Under the pieces are notes generated by a model, which saw only the letters and a program-made list of their open reading frames with translations, had not been told where the DNA came from and did no database searches. The translations under genes were made by a program, and so were the position numbers. A DNA stretch of 64,000 nucleotides from assembly GCA_946404125.1 (NCBI GenBank), contig CAMJCK010000002.1:39710-103709 (forward strand). Reading direction: 5' to 3'. Source of the DNA: an uncultured Bacteroidota bacterium (GTDB lineage Bacteria; Bacteroidota; Bacteroidia; Bacteroidales; SZUA-534). Below, piece after piece: positions 62,424 through 64,000 of this stretch; the first letter of the stretch is position 1; every line of letters begins with the position of its first letter.

Positions 62424-62565
62424 TATGTTTCAATATTTTATAGTTAGATATATCTATCAATAATAGTGTTTGCTAAATTATTAAGGTTCGCCGATTGTCG
62501 GCACAACTTCATTAAAAATTTCGGTCTTGCGCCGATGGTGTCACCGCTCCGCGCCAAACAAGCGT

Positions 62566-63999
62566 TTATTGCTGAACATCAACACCTTGACCTTTGTAAC
62601 CCGTGCAATAGAAAACACCATAAGCCTCAACGCCGGCAATCTTCACACTATGGATTTTCTTAACATCGTCGAAATAAGGCACAATCAGGTGGAAAGGCGT
62701 GCTGCTGTTTAGCCGAGGCTTAACCAAAATGCCGTTTTTGCCAGTCAGTTGCTTGGAGTCAATCCCCACATAACCAAAATGATACGGCGGTTGGTTAATC
62801 ACCTGCGGACCGTAAATGGTGTCGTTGCTGTAGAAACTGAGTTTCGATGCTGTTTTGTAACCGTCGGTGGCAAAAACAAACGTACCCGGATTGGCGGCGT
62901 GGACCGAATCAACCTCGTGGGCAAGCTGTTCCGAGTCAAGCCCCAAATCGTAGCGCACATAGGCCGATTGCGGCGCCAGCACTATAAAATAGATGCACAC
63001 GGCGTAGAGTGCCGATGTCAATATCCAGTGCCACTTCTGCCAGCGCAGATTAAGAAACCGCGCCACCATAATAATACCAGTTATATATGTAGGTATCAGC
63101 CAGTTATATTTCACTTCACCAAATATCGACACCAAATAAACACCGATGAACGTGGGCAGGAAGAAGCTCAGCAGAAACCACATTTCGGGGTTGGTTTGGT
63201 TGGGCTTTGTAACAATGCGCCACATATATTTCCCGAACAGCCACCAAAGCCCGACAAACAGCACCGGCATCAGTATAATTATCTGTGAAAGAATGAATTG
63301 AAAAAGATTCTGCGGTGTGTCGCTGTCGAACGGCTCGGACCGGAGCACCGAGTCGAGGCGGAACGAGACGAAATCGTTCTGCGCGTTCCAGATGAGCACC
63401 GGCAGGGCCAGCAGAAGCATTGTCAGTATCGATATGTAGGGCCACGGCTTTGCAAGCAGATGGCGGTAACGGCCCGAGAAAAGAAGGAAAATAAGCAGAC
63501 CCGCGGGCAGACCGGCAGCCGGATATTTGCTGTCGAAAGCCAATCCCATAAAAAGTCCGGCATAAATCCAAAAACGGTTTTCGCCCTCAAAAATGGCGCG
63601 GTAGAGCGCCCAGACCGAGAGAGTCCAGAAGAGCGCCAAAACCACATCGGGGCAGTTCTGCAGCGAGAGCGATGTCACCATCATCGATGTGCAGAACATT
63701 ATCCAGGCCAGATACTTGCGGCCGCTGCGCAACACCCTCGACGCCAGCGCGAAAAAGGCCAGCTGCGTCAACAATGTTATCAGAAACGCCGCGAATTTGA
63801 CGGCGAACATATTATGTCCAAACGCCTTCATAAACAACCAGATAGTGTAGCCCACCAATGGCGGATGGTCGAAATACGAAAGCGAGAGATGGTCGGCGTA
63901 GTAGGCGAAGTACGATTCCTGCGGCGTCAAGCCGATAAACGGCATAAACGCTAACCGCAACACATTCAGGACGATAACTACTATCAGAGCCTTTTTCAT
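62566..63999 (-). CDS. Glycosyltransferase family 39 (ArnT/PMT-like) membrane protein
   Basis: Polytopic. The N-terminal loop motif YFDHPPLVGY is typical of GT39/ArnT-like enzymes. Confidence 0.82.
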   Translation of the reverse strand: MKKALIVVIVLNVLRLAFMPFIGLTPQESYFAYYADHLSLSYFDHPPLVGYTIWLFMKAFGHNMFAVKFAAFLITLLTQLAFFALASRVLRSGRKYLAWIMFCTSMMVTSLSLQNCPDVVLALFWTLSVWALYRAIFEGENRFWIYAGLFMGLAFDSKYPAAGLPAGLLIFLLFSGRYRHLLAKPWPYISILTMLLLALPVLIWNAQNDFVSFRLDSVLRSEPFDSDTPQNLFQFILSQIIILMPVLFVGLWWLFGKYMWRIVTKPNQTNPEMWFLLSFFLPTFIGVYLVSIFGEVKYNWLIPTYITGIIMVARFLNLRWQKWHWILTSALYAVCIYFIVLAPQSAYVRYDLGLDSEQLAHEVDSVHAANPGTFVFATDGYKTASKLSFYSNDTIYGPQVINQPPYHFGYVGIDSKQLTGKNGILVKPRLNSSTPFHLIVPYFDDVKKIHSVKIAGVEAYGVFYCTGYKGQGVDVQQ

Positions 64000-64000
64000 A

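Noticed and set aside
62424-62565. SAM riboswitch upstream of metY
   Set aside because: Only short hairpins are present (for example GCCGA-TTG-TCGGC). Nothing resembles the S-box four-way junction consensus I remember. A cmscan would be needed to exclude other SAM classes.
1-64000. tRNA, rRNA or tmRNA genes anywhere in the window
   Set aside because: All spacers longer than 100 nt were read. None contains a T-arm (GGTTCGAATCC-like) or cloverleaf-compatible sequence.

Overview
All calls below come from reading the sequence and the supplied ORF translations; no homology search was run. Product names rest on motifs I recognise from memory.

This looks like a chromosomal, mostly core-genome segment of a Bacteroidota genome. 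The evidence is a gldK-L-M-N/porP type IX secretion core, TAnnTTTG-type promoter boxes and weak Shine-Dalgarno usage. I saw no rRNA, tRNA, CRISPR array, integrase or transposase.

Gene order, left to right:
- the tail of a polysaccharide-modification cluster (hexapeptide acetyltransferase, ATP-grasp, NodB-type deacetylase)
- topA, with a translationally coupled arginase-fold protein
- porP-gldK-gldL-gldM-gldN
- a class-C-like serine hydrolase
- a tightly coupled 3-gene envelope operon (small beta-barrel, HExxH polytopic membrane protein, ComEA-like HhH domain fused to a large beta-barrel)
- a 4-gene TonB-dependent uptake operon with a Cys/His-rich small protein and two His-rich lipoproteins
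- two tandem paralogous TPR-TM-coiled-coil-PP2C (SpoIIE) phosphatases
- ispG, ribE, purL
- a ~1 kb low-GC islet
- a PUR-like DUF3276 protein, a 7TM-HD (PgpH-like) protein, then yggS-proA-proB
- a 1559-aa secreted protein of unknown function
- prmA, a BI-1/YccA protein, an AlkD-like protein
- rimP-nusA-infB, topB, mutS2, a Fur-family regulator, rsmA-mgtE, metY and a GT39 glycosyltransferase

There is no obvious mobile or defence island. The best candidates for undescribed biology are:
1. the HhH-beta-barrel / HExxH / small-barrel operon beside the T9SS core
2. the metal-type TonB operon, which has Fur-box-like palindromes directly upstream of the receptor gene
3. a family of modular intergenic elements: inverted arrays of 7-8 nt words around conserved GC palindromes, recurring at 6 or more loci
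4. the 1559-aa orphan protein whose acidic tail overlaps proB
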